From: Macrostomum hystrix | Lineage: Eukaryota > Animalia > Platyhelminthes | Direction of reading: 5' to 3' | NCBI GenBank assembly: GCA_950097015.1 | Contig: CATNEN010000038.1 | Span: 2,418,001-2,482,000, forward strand | DNA length: 64,000 nt | Part shown: in pieces, positions 63,059 through 64,000 of the stretch | Numbering within the stretch: the first letter of the stretch is position 1 | Layout: every line of letters starts with the position of its first letter | Made by a program: the position numbers and the translations under genes | Notes under the pieces: model-generated | The model's input: only the letters and a program-made list of their open reading frames with translations | The model's database searches: none | What the model was told of the DNA's origin: nothing

Positions 63059-63884
63059 TTAGTCCAATCAAAGCGTCAAATGAGTATTAATTCAGTTAAA
63101 GTCATCGATAAGTTTAATAAATTCGTCCGCAAACACGCTGAGCAGGCTCTCCTCCGCCCTACGCGTCCTGCTCAGGTTTCCTAGATTTAGATTCTTGGAA
63201 AATAGAGCAGGCAGGGAAGATATACACACACAGTGGAGATGGCTGAGCATATCTTCATATGAGAAGCAACTGATTAAAATGCACTCGACTGAGCTCAAAG
63301 TGATTTATCCGCTGTGCGGCACCAAAACTCGCTTGGCTTGTCTCCCCACACCTCCGCCCGACTCCATGTCCCTCCATCTTTGGCTGGGGATCTTTGATTC
63401 CGCGAAGCAAGGAATCCGGTCTTCACTTGTAATGTTCCACACGTAGCCCTGCCCAACCCACCACCCGGCAACCAGAAACCTGCAGCCGGCCTGACCCGCG
63501 AGCTCCCGGGAGAGAGCGGTGCGGCAAAAAAATTATTGCCAGGAGGAGCCAAGAATGTCTTTGCCTGATCCGGCCGCAATCTCGACCTGTGGGGATCTGT
63601 GAAAGAAATGAAAATCCCTGATCTTCAGGCCAGTAGTGCTCTGATCTAAAGTAGAAAATGCTTTCACTGATCTTTTAGATTTACAGACTAGTTAAGATCA
63701 TGTATTTAAATCATTTTCGATAAAGCAGTTTGTCTTAAAAGTCGGCAGAAATTCAAACAGAATGTTCAGATTTATTTTGTAAGAATCTATACCCGGCGAC
63801 CATTGATTTACAACTAAAAATGAAGCAATAGTAGCCGTCTATTTGTGACGTGAAGGAATGCTTTCAAAGAATACATCTTGTGGG

Positions 63885-64000
63885 TGTGAAATAATGGTTG
63901 TTGGATGTGCGTGTCTTCTGGGAAGGTGTGAAATAATGGTTGTTGGATGTGCGTGTCTTCTGGGAAGGTGTGAAATAATGGTTATTGGATGTGCGTGTCT
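63885..64000. repeat. ~41-bp tandem repeat truncated by the window end
   Basis: gtgtgaaataatggttgttggatgtgcgtgtcttctgggaag, about three copies. Confidence 0.9.

Noticed and set aside
62542-63090. LDLGRSN repeat ORF resembling a leucine-rich repeat
   Set aside because: The 7-aa period comes from the 21-bp palindromic satellite; true LRRs have 20-29 aa periods and synonymous divergence.

Overview
Eukaryotic (animal) genomic DNA with GC-rich exons, AT-rich spacers and GT-AG introns packed with 12-44 bp minisatellites. The style suggests an invertebrate such as a Macrostomum-type flatworm, but that is inference only. Exons were joined by hand with phase-consistent splice sites. Genes: an intronless GT32 (SUR1/Och1-like) glycosyltransferase with an inverted pseudogene copy; MAP2K7 (5 exons) carrying an intronless tRNA-Ile(UAU) in its last intron; serine racemase; a 12-exon SLC5A sodium/sugar cotransporter; a death-domain + polyQ + pseudokinase protein (IRAK/Pelle/Tube-like); an uncharacterised 3-exon gene; TMEM9; a DCN1-like gene; a 5-exon gene whose C-terminal GARALTKH...GARW...FRGFLEP domain resembles bacterial polymorphic-toxin tips and plant ASCH-protein C-termini; and a Gly/Pro/Tyr repeat protein. 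Mobile DNA: a tRNA-headed SINE family with a strongly base-paired 3' module, three MITEs with exact target-site duplications, and three decayed LINE 3' ends. Most long ORFs in the supplied track are artefacts of tandem repeats. The best novelty candidates are the toxin-like putative RNase gene (50.7-52.7 kb) and the death-domain pseudokinase (29.6-31.7 kb).
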